A stretch of DNA of 64,000 nucleotides from positions 288,001 through 352,000 of the forward strand of contig OY969927.1 of NCBI GenBank assembly GCA_963704655.1, written 5' to 3'. Positions 20,769 to 29,900 of this stretch are shown piece after piece. The translations under genes and the position numbers were made by a program. The DNA comes from an uncultured Candidatus Babeliaceae bacterium (GTDB lineage Bacteria > Babelota > Babeliae > Babelales > Babelaceae). Under the pieces are notes generated by a model. The model was not told where the DNA came from. It did not search any database and saw only the letters and a program-made list of their open reading frames with translations. Positions within the stretch are counted from its first letter, which is position 1; each line of letters starts with the position of its first letter.

Positions 20769-20845
20769 GGCGGCGTAGCTCAGCTGGTTAGAGCGACGGA
20801 ATCATAACCCGTAGGTCCGGGGTTCGAGTCCCTGCGCCGCCACCA
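20769..20845 (+). tRNA. tRNA with CAT anticodon, probably elongator tRNA-Met
   Basis: GGCGGCG/CGCCGCC acceptor (paired 1-72, so not initiator), loop ATCATAA, GGTTCGAGTCC, CCA. Ile2 is not strictly excluded. Confidence 0.9.
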
Positions 20846-20975
20846 TCTTGCGCATATCCACGCCTGCAAACTTGGCATGCTACAGATGGCGGGCCATATT
20901 CGGGCCTTATATAAAGTAAATTTACAGTTCCAAAAGTGTCATTCTAGTACTTAGATAAATAAAGTATTCAATACT

Positions 20976-21000
20976 CGCTCATCCTGAGCGTGTCGAAGGG
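20976..21000. repeat. REP-like palindrome (family C)
   Basis: CGCTCATCCTGAGCGTGTCGAAGGG; relatives at 19151-19176 and 14118-14142 (reverse). Confidence 0.65.
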
Positions 21001-21012
21001 TTAGCGAAATTA

Positions 21013-21525
21013 ATGAACATATCCCTTATTTTTACTCTCTTACGTCTTTTTCTTTCGCCATTACTCTTGGCGCCACTTATCGCGCTGCAAGCGCCTGTTC
21101 TTCTTACTTTTTCTTTGTATGTCTTTTTAGCATTAACAGATTTTTTTGACGGTTTTTTTGCGCGTAAATTTAATCAAGTTAGTGGGTTAGGTGCGTTTCT
21201 TGACCAATTTGCCGATAAGATTTTTCTCTTCTCTGTTGTTTTTGCAACATTGTATACGCATCAATTGCCATTACATATCGCGTTATTGTTAGCGTTTCGT
21301 GAACTTGGGGTTATGGGCATGCGTGAGTATGGTATGCAAAAAAATATCCAATTGCCTGTTATTTTTTCAGCAAAATTAAAAACGGCGTTTCAGATGATTC
21401 TTTTTGGCTGGATTATTTTAAATCAGCACTTTCCTGGAGCAGAATATATCACCGCGTCTCTCTTTTTTATTACCATTGGATTATCGTATTATTCTGCATA
21501 TTTTTATGTAAGAAAATTTTTGTAA
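21013..21525 (+). CDS. pgsA: CDP-alcohol phosphatidyltransferase (PgsA-like)
   Basis: TDFFDGFFARKFNQVSGLGAFLDQFADK signature. Confidence 0.85.
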   Translation: MNISLIFTLLRLFLSPLLLAPLIALQAPVLLTFSLYVFLALTDFFDGFFARKFNQVSGLGAFLDQFADKIFLFSVVFATLYTHQLPLHIALLLAFRELGVMGMREYGMQKNIQLPVIFSAKLKTAFQMILFGWIILNQHFPGAEYITASLFFITIGLSYYSAYFYVRKFL

Positions 21526-21587
21526 TTTTCATGCTGCGGTATGGTATACTAATTGTAACGTAAAGCTATTTAAAAATTGGATTATCT

Positions 21588-23357
21588 ATGAAATTTCAAG
21601 AAGTAGTATCTGTCTTTGAGTCTATAGAAAAACTGGCGTCACGTAATGCTATCATGGAACTTCTAGCAGATATTTTCAAGCGCGCTACGCCTCATGAAGC
21701 ACAAATGCTTACCTATCTTTCTGTTGGGCAGGTTCGCCCGACCTATTTAGGGAGCCAGTTTAATATTGCCGATAAGACACTTAAAAAAGTTATTCAAGAG
21801 ATCACTCAGCTTTCACCAACTGATTTTGCGCATCAAGTAAAAGAGTTTGGTGATCTGGGGACGTTGTTGGCTGCACAAAGTTGGCAACCGAATGAAACCC
21901 TGACACTTAAATATGTCTTTGATGCTCTTGTCGAGTTACAAACTATCTCTGGCGAAGGTTCACAAGATGTACGTGCACAATTCCTGGAAAAGCTTTTGCG
22001 CCAATTGAGTCCTGCCGGCGCAGGCTTTGTGGTACGTATTATTTTAGGTAAACTGCGTACCGGATTTTCTGATATGACCATTATTGATGCATTCTCTTGG
22101 ATGCTTGCCGGTAATAAAAGCCTAAGCAAAGAGATCGAGCATGCCTATAATGTCTGTGCCGATTTGGGGCTTATTGCCTATACGTTAAAAAAAGATGGGC
22201 AAGCGGGTCTTGAACATATTCATATTACCGTTGGTATACCTATTTTGCCCTCACTTGCAGAACGTTTGGCAACAGCGTTAGAGATTGTCGATAAATTGGG
22301 TCACTGTGCCGCACAGCCAAAACTTGATGGGTTTAGACTCCAAGTGCATATTGTGCATAGTGACAAAACCAAAGGACCGAAGGTCTATTTTTACTCACGT
22401 AATTTAATAAACATGACGCATATGTTTCCCGATCTTACCCGCGCAGCTGAAAAGCTGCCAGTTGAAGATGCGATCTTTGAAGGTGAAGCTATTGTCTTTG
22501 ACGAGTCAACCGGGGCATTTCTGCCTTTTCAAGAGACGGTAAAACGTAAACGAAAACATGACATTGAAACTGTTGCACAAGAGTTCCCTTTAAAACTTTT
22601 TGTTTTTGATCTTTTGTATCTTAATGGTGAATCGATGCTCAATAAAGGGCACGAAACCCGCAGAAAAGCAGCGCTTACATTTTTATCAGCTGATCATGCC
22701 GATACTCTTTCATTAATCGATGAGCGTGAGGTTAACACACCACAAGAGCTTGAAGATTATTTTCTTGAATGCATAGAAGAGGGTCTTGAAGGTTTGGTGG
22801 TAAAAAAAATGAATGCGCATTATCAGCCGGGTAAACGAAATTTTAATTGGATAAAACTAAAACGTACACAAGAGTCCGGAACGCTTACTGACACTATCGA
22901 CGCAGTAGTTTTAGGCTATTATCATGGCCGCGGAAGACGTGCCGCTTTTGGCATCGGCGCCTTTTTAATTGGCGTTTATGACAAAAAACATGACCGTTTT
23001 GAAACACTTGCTAAAGTGGGTACCGGGCTTTCCGACCAGGGCTTTAAAGATATAAAAAAAATGTGCGATGGAATAAAAATTGATCATAAACCTTTTAATG
23101 TAGTTTGCGCAAAAGAGCTTTTTCCCGATGTTTGGGTGGTACCAAAGCTTGTGTGGGTAGTTATTGCTGATGAAATTACTCGTTCACCACTGCATACAGC
23201 TGGCAAGACAGAACATGAATTGGGCTATGCCTTACGTTTTCCACGGGCGATTGAATATCGTGCGGATAAAGATGAAAATCAAGCCACTACGGTTGATGAA
23301 ATAATTCATATGTTTAATAATTCGCATCTTAAAAAAGCTGAAAATAGAAAACAGTGA
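21588..23357 (+). CDS. ATP-dependent DNA ligase with N-terminal DNA-binding domain
   Basis: KLDGFR adenylation motif, FEGEA, FDLLYLNG, EGLEGLVVK, WIKLK, ALRFPR. Confidence 0.93.
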   Translation: MKFQEVVSVFESIEKLASRNAIMELLADIFKRATPHEAQMLTYLSVGQVRPTYLGSQFNIADKTLKKVIQEITQLSPTDFAHQVKEFGDLGTLLAAQSWQPNETLTLKYVFDALVELQTISGEGSQDVRAQFLEKLLRQLSPAGAGFVVRIILGKLRTGFSDMTIIDAFSWMLAGNKSLSKEIEHAYNVCADLGLIAYTLKKDGQAGLEHIHITVGIPILPSLAERLATALEIVDKLGHCAAQPKLDGFRLQVHIVHSDKTKGPKVYFYSRNLINMTHMFPDLTRAAEKLPVEDAIFEGEAIVFDESTGAFLPFQETVKRKRKHDIETVAQEFPLKLFVFDLLYLNGESMLNKGHETRRKAALTFLSADHADTLSLIDEREVNTPQELEDYFLECIEEGLEGLVVKKMNAHYQPGKRNFNWIKLKRTQESGTLTDTIDAVVLGYYHGRGRRAAFGIGAFLIGVYDKKHDRFETLAKVGTGLSDQGFKDIKKMCDGIKIDHKPFNVVCAKELFPDVWVVPKLVWVVIADEITRSPLHTAGKTEHELGYALRFPRAIEYRADKDENQATTVDEIIHMFNNSHLKKAENRKQ

Positions 23358-23432
23358 GCTGGAGAGCGGTGTTACCATGGGCGTGTCTCAGTTCTTCAAG
23401 GATGGATATTTTAGTAGTCGTGAGTAATTTAG

Positions 23433-24056
23433 TTAATCGTGAATTAATTTATAAAACTTTTCAGCCTCAGCTGCTGGGTTAGCGGCAGAAGTTATCTCCT
23501 TGCCAATAACTATTGCAGCAGGGTTAAGTTCGATAATTGTAGGTAAGGTTTCAGGTGAGATATTGCCCGAAATATATACCGGCAATGGTGTGTTACCCTT
23601 AACCATATCCCAGGTTTCCAAAAAGGTAAGTTGAGAAGAATCTTGTGTTGGCATAGGCAATAATAATGCATCAACACCAAAACTTTTAGCTTCGAGTGCA
23701 GATTGCCCTAATGAGCTTGCATCGATAAGATCAAGCATCACCTTTTTGCCGCGTTCATGTGCAGCATTGCATGCGCTATGTATCACATTGCGACGCGTGC
23801 CTGCAAGAACTGTTACCCAGTCTGCTCCAGCATCTGAACATAAAAGAGTTGCCTCTTTTGCGCGATCGGCGATTTTTACATCAGCAAGAATCGTTTTGTG
23901 GGGAAACTGCTGTTTAAAGCGTGTTACTGCCTGCATGCCGTTTTTGTAGATAAGCAGAGAGCCGACCTCAAAAATATCAGCGTATTTTTCTATGCTCTGC
24001 GCGATTGAAAGGGCGGTTTCAAGATCTGTAAGATCAAATGCAATGTGCAACTTCAT
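23433..24056 (-). CDS. 3-hexulose-6-phosphate synthase / OMP-decarboxylase-fold protein
   Basis: MKLHIAFD, FEVGSLLI, ILADVKIAD, GADWVTV, IVIGKEITSAANP. Confidence 0.8.
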   Translation of the reverse strand: MKLHIAFDLTDLETALSIAQSIEKYADIFEVGSLLIYKNGMQAVTRFKQQFPHKTILADVKIADRAKEATLLCSDAGADWVTVLAGTRRNVIHSACNAAHERGKKVMLDLIDASSLGQSALEAKSFGVDALLLPMPTQDSSQLTFLETWDMVKGNTPLPVYISGNISPETLPTIIELNPAAIVIGKEITSAANPAAEAEKFYKLIHD

Positions 24057-24140
24057 ATCTTAATAATCCTTTAGTGGTACCTGAAAATGGTCGAATACTT
24101 CAAAAAAAGTATAGCAGCAACTAGAATAATTATCTATTAT

Positions 24141-24872
24141 TTATGCTTTAATTGCTTGCGCAAAAGATTGCGGTTCAACCTTTTTCTCAATAACCAATGG
24201 CGCAAAAAAGCGGTTAATCTTTAAAAATTTTAAAACGCAAAATGGCGTATCGATAGATGTATGCACAAAGATATCGGGTAATATGAAATTCGGCCCAGGG
24301 ACACTTTCATGGGTACCTTGTGTAATTTCTATATCTTTTGGTTTTGCCATAATAATAAGTGCGTGACTGTCTATCTGTGATTTTGCCGGACGTTCAAGCT
24401 GTGTGATATTCCAGTACCATTTTTTATGCTGTTCATCATGCTTAAGATTATAACGGTAAAATGTGGCATTAACTTCTTCTGGAACTTCAAAATGGTGCAC
24501 CGTGTTCCCCTGGAACATTACCGGGTATATCTGGCTTGTTACCACTACCGTTAAAGAATTACTGCTTTCTTTATTGGGCAACAGTATTTCGCCCTGATAA
24601 TCGGTATATGTTATATACCCTACATAATTAACATAAACTCCCTGTACTAAGGGACTTGTTAAATGGCGCTGTAATATCATGTTGCTGATATCGGCATGCG
24701 AGCTGATAAGTCCAGTTAATTTGTCTGCGGGGAACTTTTTAGCGCATGCGGGGTTGCTGGCGCAGGGCACCATAAAAAAGCTGATAACATGTGGCGTTGG
24801 CGCAGATTGCCCATAGGTTGTAAGCGGTATAAAACTACTTAACCAAAAAAGAAGAAATAAGATTTTTTTCAT
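24141..24872 (-). CDS. Hypothetical secreted protein
   Basis: Signal peptide; GGGGGAAG RBS upstream of ATG at 24872. Confidence 0.7.
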   Translation of the reverse strand: MKKILFLLFWLSSFIPLTTYGQSAPTPHVISFFMVPCASNPACAKKFPADKLTGLISSHADISNMILQRHLTSPLVQGVYVNYVGYITYTDYQGEILLPNKESSNSLTVVVTSQIYPVMFQGNTVHHFEVPEEVNATFYRYNLKHDEQHKKWYWNITQLERPAKSQIDSHALIIMAKPKDIEITQGTHESVPGPNFILPDIFVHTSIDTPFCVLKFLKINRFFAPLVIEKKVEPQSFAQAIKA

Positions 24873-25017
24873 TGACACTTCCCCCCAGAAATAGACTATT
24901 TGCTTTCAGTTTACTTAATTACAATGGCAGATTGCAACTTTTAAATAAGATCCCACCCATTTTTATTAATTACCAAATGTTAACTAGACTTAACATATAG
25001 TTCAACTAAGTGTTAAT

Positions 25018-25310
25018 TAACGTGAGTTCGACTAAAATAAGCCATACTTAAAGCCTCTTATTTCCCGTAGTGTCATGGAGCACTATGTGCTCTACTTTCG
25101 GGCAGTGACCCGGAATCTATCTATTAAAGTAAATTTCGATAATAATATTGATCTATTCGATTTTTTTTTACAAAGTAAGATAGACCCCGACTCCAGCCGT
25201 CGCTTATCCAGGCCTTCCTATCGAAGTACGGGGGTGACACCTTAATAATTCGTAATTAAACTTTGAAACAACAATATTTTCTGCTATTTTTTATCATCGA
25301 ACTCATGTTA
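25018..25310. mobile_element. MITE with IS982-like terminal inverted repeats, containing REP hairpins
   Basis: TAACGTGAGTTCGA (25018) and TCGAACTCATGTTA (25297-25310), 13/14 match; no transposase ORF. Confidence 0.7.
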
Positions 25311-25316
25311 ACTTAA

Positions 25317-26771
25317 TTACTCACCAGTTCTTTTTGCCTGAACCTTTCCCGTTCCAAAAAGCCTTTGGAATAGAGTTTTTTCCTTTTTCTCTTCTTCCTC
25401 TTGCTCTTGCTCAGGCTCAAGGTTTGCTTGTGAAGATGATGCTGATGTTTTTGCCGGCTTACGCTCAGGTTCATGGCCAGCGAGTCTCGATGTAACACGT
25501 TCATAACTCTGAGTTGAAGCAATGTTTTTGCGACTTTTAATTATTGCATTTTTTTGTGCTTGACTCATAAGACCTTCAAGTATAGCCTTTTCAAATTCAT
25601 CCCCAGAAAGCCTTAAGGCCTTTTGAGCATGACCAATTGCAAGAGCATATTCCTCTTTATTAAAATATATCTTTGCTAATTCAGACTCTACATAAAAGTT
25701 CTTATCAGTTTTTAATGTAGCATCTTTAAGTATAAGAAACACTTCGTCCTCAATGTCTTTTTGTGAGCGTTGTGACTTATTTTCACGTATTTCGCGAACT
25801 CTTATTGCATAAGATTCATTTTTAAGTGCACCAGACAATTCCAGAGCCTGTGTTTTTAAATGTTCAGGTGCCAATGGTATTGCATAATCTATATATTTTT
25901 TTGCTAAATCCAAGTTCCCGTTTTCATAATATAATTTTGCTAAATTATACTCTACATTATAAAGGGAATGGTTAGTTCTTTTACTCGCTTGCAAAAGCAA
26001 CTGCAAAGCTTCATTCTTTAAGCTAAGGCGCTTTGTTACATCATTTTCTTGCTCAGCATTACCTAGAATGATTAATGCTTGCGATGCAAGATCAAGAGCC
26101 TCTTTATCCCAAATCTCTTTGGCTTTTCCTTTGCCACGAGCAGCTTCTTTGGCTAATTGAGCACGATATAGCTTTTCTTTGCTTGCTAACCATTTTTTAT
26201 GTTTTGGCTCCAAGTCTAAAGAATAACGCGTACCAGATAAATTTTTATATTTCCCATCTTTTATAATATCAAGTAAAATTTGTGCAAATGTAGTAGTATC
26301 CTCTTTTTGCAACTGTGCAAGCAGAAAAAGCTCATCATAACATTTAACTATTTTGAAAGAATATACTTTTACACTTTCTGGATCTTGCTCTTGGCCTTTT
26401 TGATAATATTCCTTGACAGCTTCAGCTGCTTTAATTTTTGCAATATACCCAGGAATACTATTTGTGTGCGCCTCAGCAGCCTGCTTTAACGTTTGCAAGG
26501 CCTCAGTTTTTCTATTTGCTTTATTAAGAGCTAAAGCATTTTCATAAAGAAGCTCAGGCTCTTGCTTTTGTGCTGGTATAAACATACGGTTACCACTGCT
26601 TGAACTGGCAACAGTTTTTTGTGTTACTACAGGCATTCGGCTACTACTACTACTACTACTTGAACCTGCTTGACGATAATCACCTAAAAGATCTAAATCG
26701 AACTCACCGGCAAAAGCTGGTGCACTAGCATATAACGCTAGCAGATATACTTTATTTTTCATATTCTTCAT
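25317..26771 (-). CDS. Secreted TPR-like helical repeat protein
   Basis: AAGGAGAG RBS; signal peptide, poly-Ser; TPR-like YNLAKLYYENGNLDLAKKYIDYAI and ELAKIYFNKEEYALAIGHAQKAL. Confidence 0.75.
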   Translation of the reverse strand: MKNMKNKVYLLALYASAPAFAGEFDLDLLGDYRQAGSSSSSSSSRMPVVTQKTVASSSSGNRMFIPAQKQEPELLYENALALNKANRKTEALQTLKQAAEAHTNSIPGYIAKIKAAEAVKEYYQKGQEQDPESVKVYSFKIVKCYDELFLLAQLQKEDTTTFAQILLDIIKDGKYKNLSGTRYSLDLEPKHKKWLASKEKLYRAQLAKEAARGKGKAKEIWDKEALDLASQALIILGNAEQENDVTKRLSLKNEALQLLLQASKRTNHSLYNVEYNLAKLYYENGNLDLAKKYIDYAIPLAPEHLKTQALELSGALKNESYAIRVREIRENKSQRSQKDIEDEVFLILKDATLKTDKNFYVESELAKIYFNKEEYALAIGHAQKALRLSGDEFEKAILEGLMSQAQKNAIIKSRKNIASTQSYERVTSRLAGHEPERKPAKTSASSSQANLEPEQEQEEEEKKEKTLFQRLFGTGKVQAKRTGE

Positions 26772-26904
26772 AACACTCTCCTTAATGGCCATATAATATC
26801 CTATTTATTCACTCTATTTCTCTATTTTTTTCAGCTTAAACAAAGCGTAAACGCAGAGTCAACAATTTCAAATATATATTTATAGAAATTCCCCTAATAC
26901 CTTT

Positions 26905-29900
26905 CTATGCCACCAACTTCTCTATTTTTGTTTGAAGATCAGCAATTTGCTCCTGCATAGTCGCAATTGTTTCCTTATAACATATTTCTAACGTCTCTAA
27001 ACGTTTTCTATAGTCAAGTAACATTGCACGATCTTTTTGCAGCTCATTAAGCATCATCAAAGGGATATACTGATATTGCACTGTTTGAGGCTGTCCATAA
27101 GCATCCTTAATAACAATGCCAGGATAGATTTCTTCAACCTCTTCAGCAATAAGACCATATTCTAGATGATCTTCATAACCATCCCAAATATAATTAAATG
27201 TTACCGGGCGTAGCTTATGCAGATCTTCTGTAATATTATCCATATCTTGAATATTTTTCTTAACACGTCGCGTTGATGCTGTTGTACCAAGCTTTCCATT
27301 AGACCCTATGCTAACTGCTGCTCCCCCTGTGGTATAGGTCTGTCCAAAGATACCTTGAATATAACAAGCACCCGAGCCCGCACCATACAGAGCTCCTATA
27401 CGAATCGTATCACTTTCAGCTGTGGATGTTGTTATTGCACCAGCATATACGTTGGCACCAATATAAATATTACCCGTACCTGTCAATAAATTTGTTCCAG
27501 CATTATAACCAATAGCAACATTATTTGTGCCAGTAGTTAAAGCAGCAAGTGCATCGGCGCCAATTGCGGTGTTATTGCCCCCATAGGTGATCGTGCCACT
27601 CAATTTAGTAAGTGCATAACATCCGACAGCAACGTTATTGACACTTGCAGTATTTGCAGCAAGTGTTTGGTGCCCAATAGCAACGTTAGATGTGCCGGTG
27701 GTGTTTGCATTTAATGCATAATACCCAACAGCGGTATTTTGAATGCCAGTAGTAGCATTTGCTAATGCACCTGAACCAACTGCGGTGAGCTGACTTGCTG
27801 TACTATTTGCCAGAGCATTTGTACCAATTGCTGTATTATCATTGCCACTAATATTAATGGTTAATGCTTCATTTCCAAGCGCCACATTGTTTGACCCAAT
27901 GGTATTTGCATCTAATACTTGGTAACCGATACCAACGTTTGCCGTGCCTGTGGTATTAAATTGTAACACGCCGGTTCCAATACCAGTTTGCTGGCCGCCA
28001 GTATAGTTTGCGCTTGATAATGCGTTATAACCAATAGCAATATTATCACCAAGTATACTTGCTCCGGAAAGTGCAAATGCGCCGATGGCAATATTGTCAA
28101 AGTTATTTATAGTTTTAGCATTTGCAAGTGCTTGATAACCAATTGCAACGTTTGATGTTCCGGTTGTATTTGCATTAAGCGCATAATACCCCTCAGCATG
28201 ATTTTGTACACCACTCGTGTTATTTTGCAATGCACCAGTACCAATAGCAATCTGCTGACCCTTATTATAGTTTGCGCTTGATAATGCGTTATAACCAATT
28301 GCTATATTATCACCAAGCACTGCAGTTCCGGTTAATGTAAATGCGCCAATGGCAATATTGTCAAAGTTATTAATTGTTCTTGCATTTGCAAGCGCTTGGT
28401 AACCAATTGCAATATTTGAAGTTCCGGTGGTATTTAAGTTTAATGCATTGAAACCAACTGCGGTATTTTGAATGCCAGTAGTAGCATTTGCTAATGCACC
28501 TGAACCAACTGCGGTGAGCCGACTTGCGGTGCTATTTGCCAGAGCATTTGTACCAATTGCCGTATTATCATTGCCACTAATATTAATGGTTAATGCTTCA
28601 TTTCCAAGCGCCACATTGTTTGACCCAATGGTATTTGCATCTAATACTTGGTAACCGATACCAACGTTTGCCGTGCCAGTGGTGTTAAACTGTAACACGC
28701 CCGTCCCAATAGCAGTCTGCTGGCCCTTTGTGTAGTTTGCGCTTGATAATGCGTTATAACCAATTGCGATATTATCACCTAAAATAGATGCCCCAGAAAG
28801 CGTATTTGCACCGATAGCAATATTATCAAAGTTATTTGCAGTGTTAGCATTTGCAAGCGCTTGGTAACCAAGTGCGGTGTTATTGAACCCAGTAATATTA
28901 GCATTTAATGCATAATAACCAACGGCAACATTTTGTGCGCCGGTGGTATTATTGAATAATGCACCAGAACCTATTCCAACCAACGAGCTTGTTTGGTTAG
29001 TTGATAAAGCCTGGTTACCAACTGCGGTATTGTCTGAACCAACAGCCGCATTGTTAAGTGTTAAATTTCCGATGGCAGTATTATTGTTTGAAAATTGTGA
29101 TAATGACAGCGCATTGAATCCAACAGCAGTATTATTAGACCCTGATGTATTTGATTGTAAGGTACTATAACCCACGCCAACGTTTTGAGTGCCTAAGGTA
29201 TTATATTGTAAAGCTCCAGACCCCACAGCAGTAAGGGCATTGCCAACTGAAGCCGTGAGAAGAGCATTATAACCAACTGCAGTGTTATTAAAGCCAATTA
29301 TGTTACCAGAAAGTGAATAAGAACCTATAGCTGTATTGCTATTGCCAGTTGTGTTACCAGAAAGTGAATAGTAACCAACAGCTGTGTTGCTTGCGCCCGT
29401 ATTATTGCTGCCCATACTCGAATTACCAACAGCCACATTGAACGCTGAATTGCCAAAAACAAATGCATTATAACCAATAGCAACGTTTCCGTATGAAAAA
29501 GATCCATTCTGTAAGGTATTTGAGCCTATAGCGACATTTTCACCAGCTTGAATTATATTACTTAATGCATTGGAGCCTATAGCAATATTATTTGCCCCGC
29601 TAGGTATACCAAGAAACGGTAGGTTATAGTTTAACTTACTCAGTGCATAAGCGCCTATTGCAATATTATTTACCCCACTTGTATTTGTTTGTAATGCATC
29701 ATAACCAATTGCGATGTTTCCAGTACCTGTAGTATTTGCCTGTAACGCGCCCGTTCCAATTGCTATCTGCTGCCCGCCGGTATAACCCGACGCAGAAAGC
29801 GCATTTGTTCCAACAGCGATGTTATCACCTAAAATAGATGCGCCAGAAAGCGTATTTGCCCCAATTGCAATATTGTCAAAATTATTAATACCTGCAGCAT

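Noticed and set aside
14069-25310. CRISPR array
   Set aside because: Palindromes are dispersed and irregularly spaced, with no repeat-spacer periodicity and no cas genes
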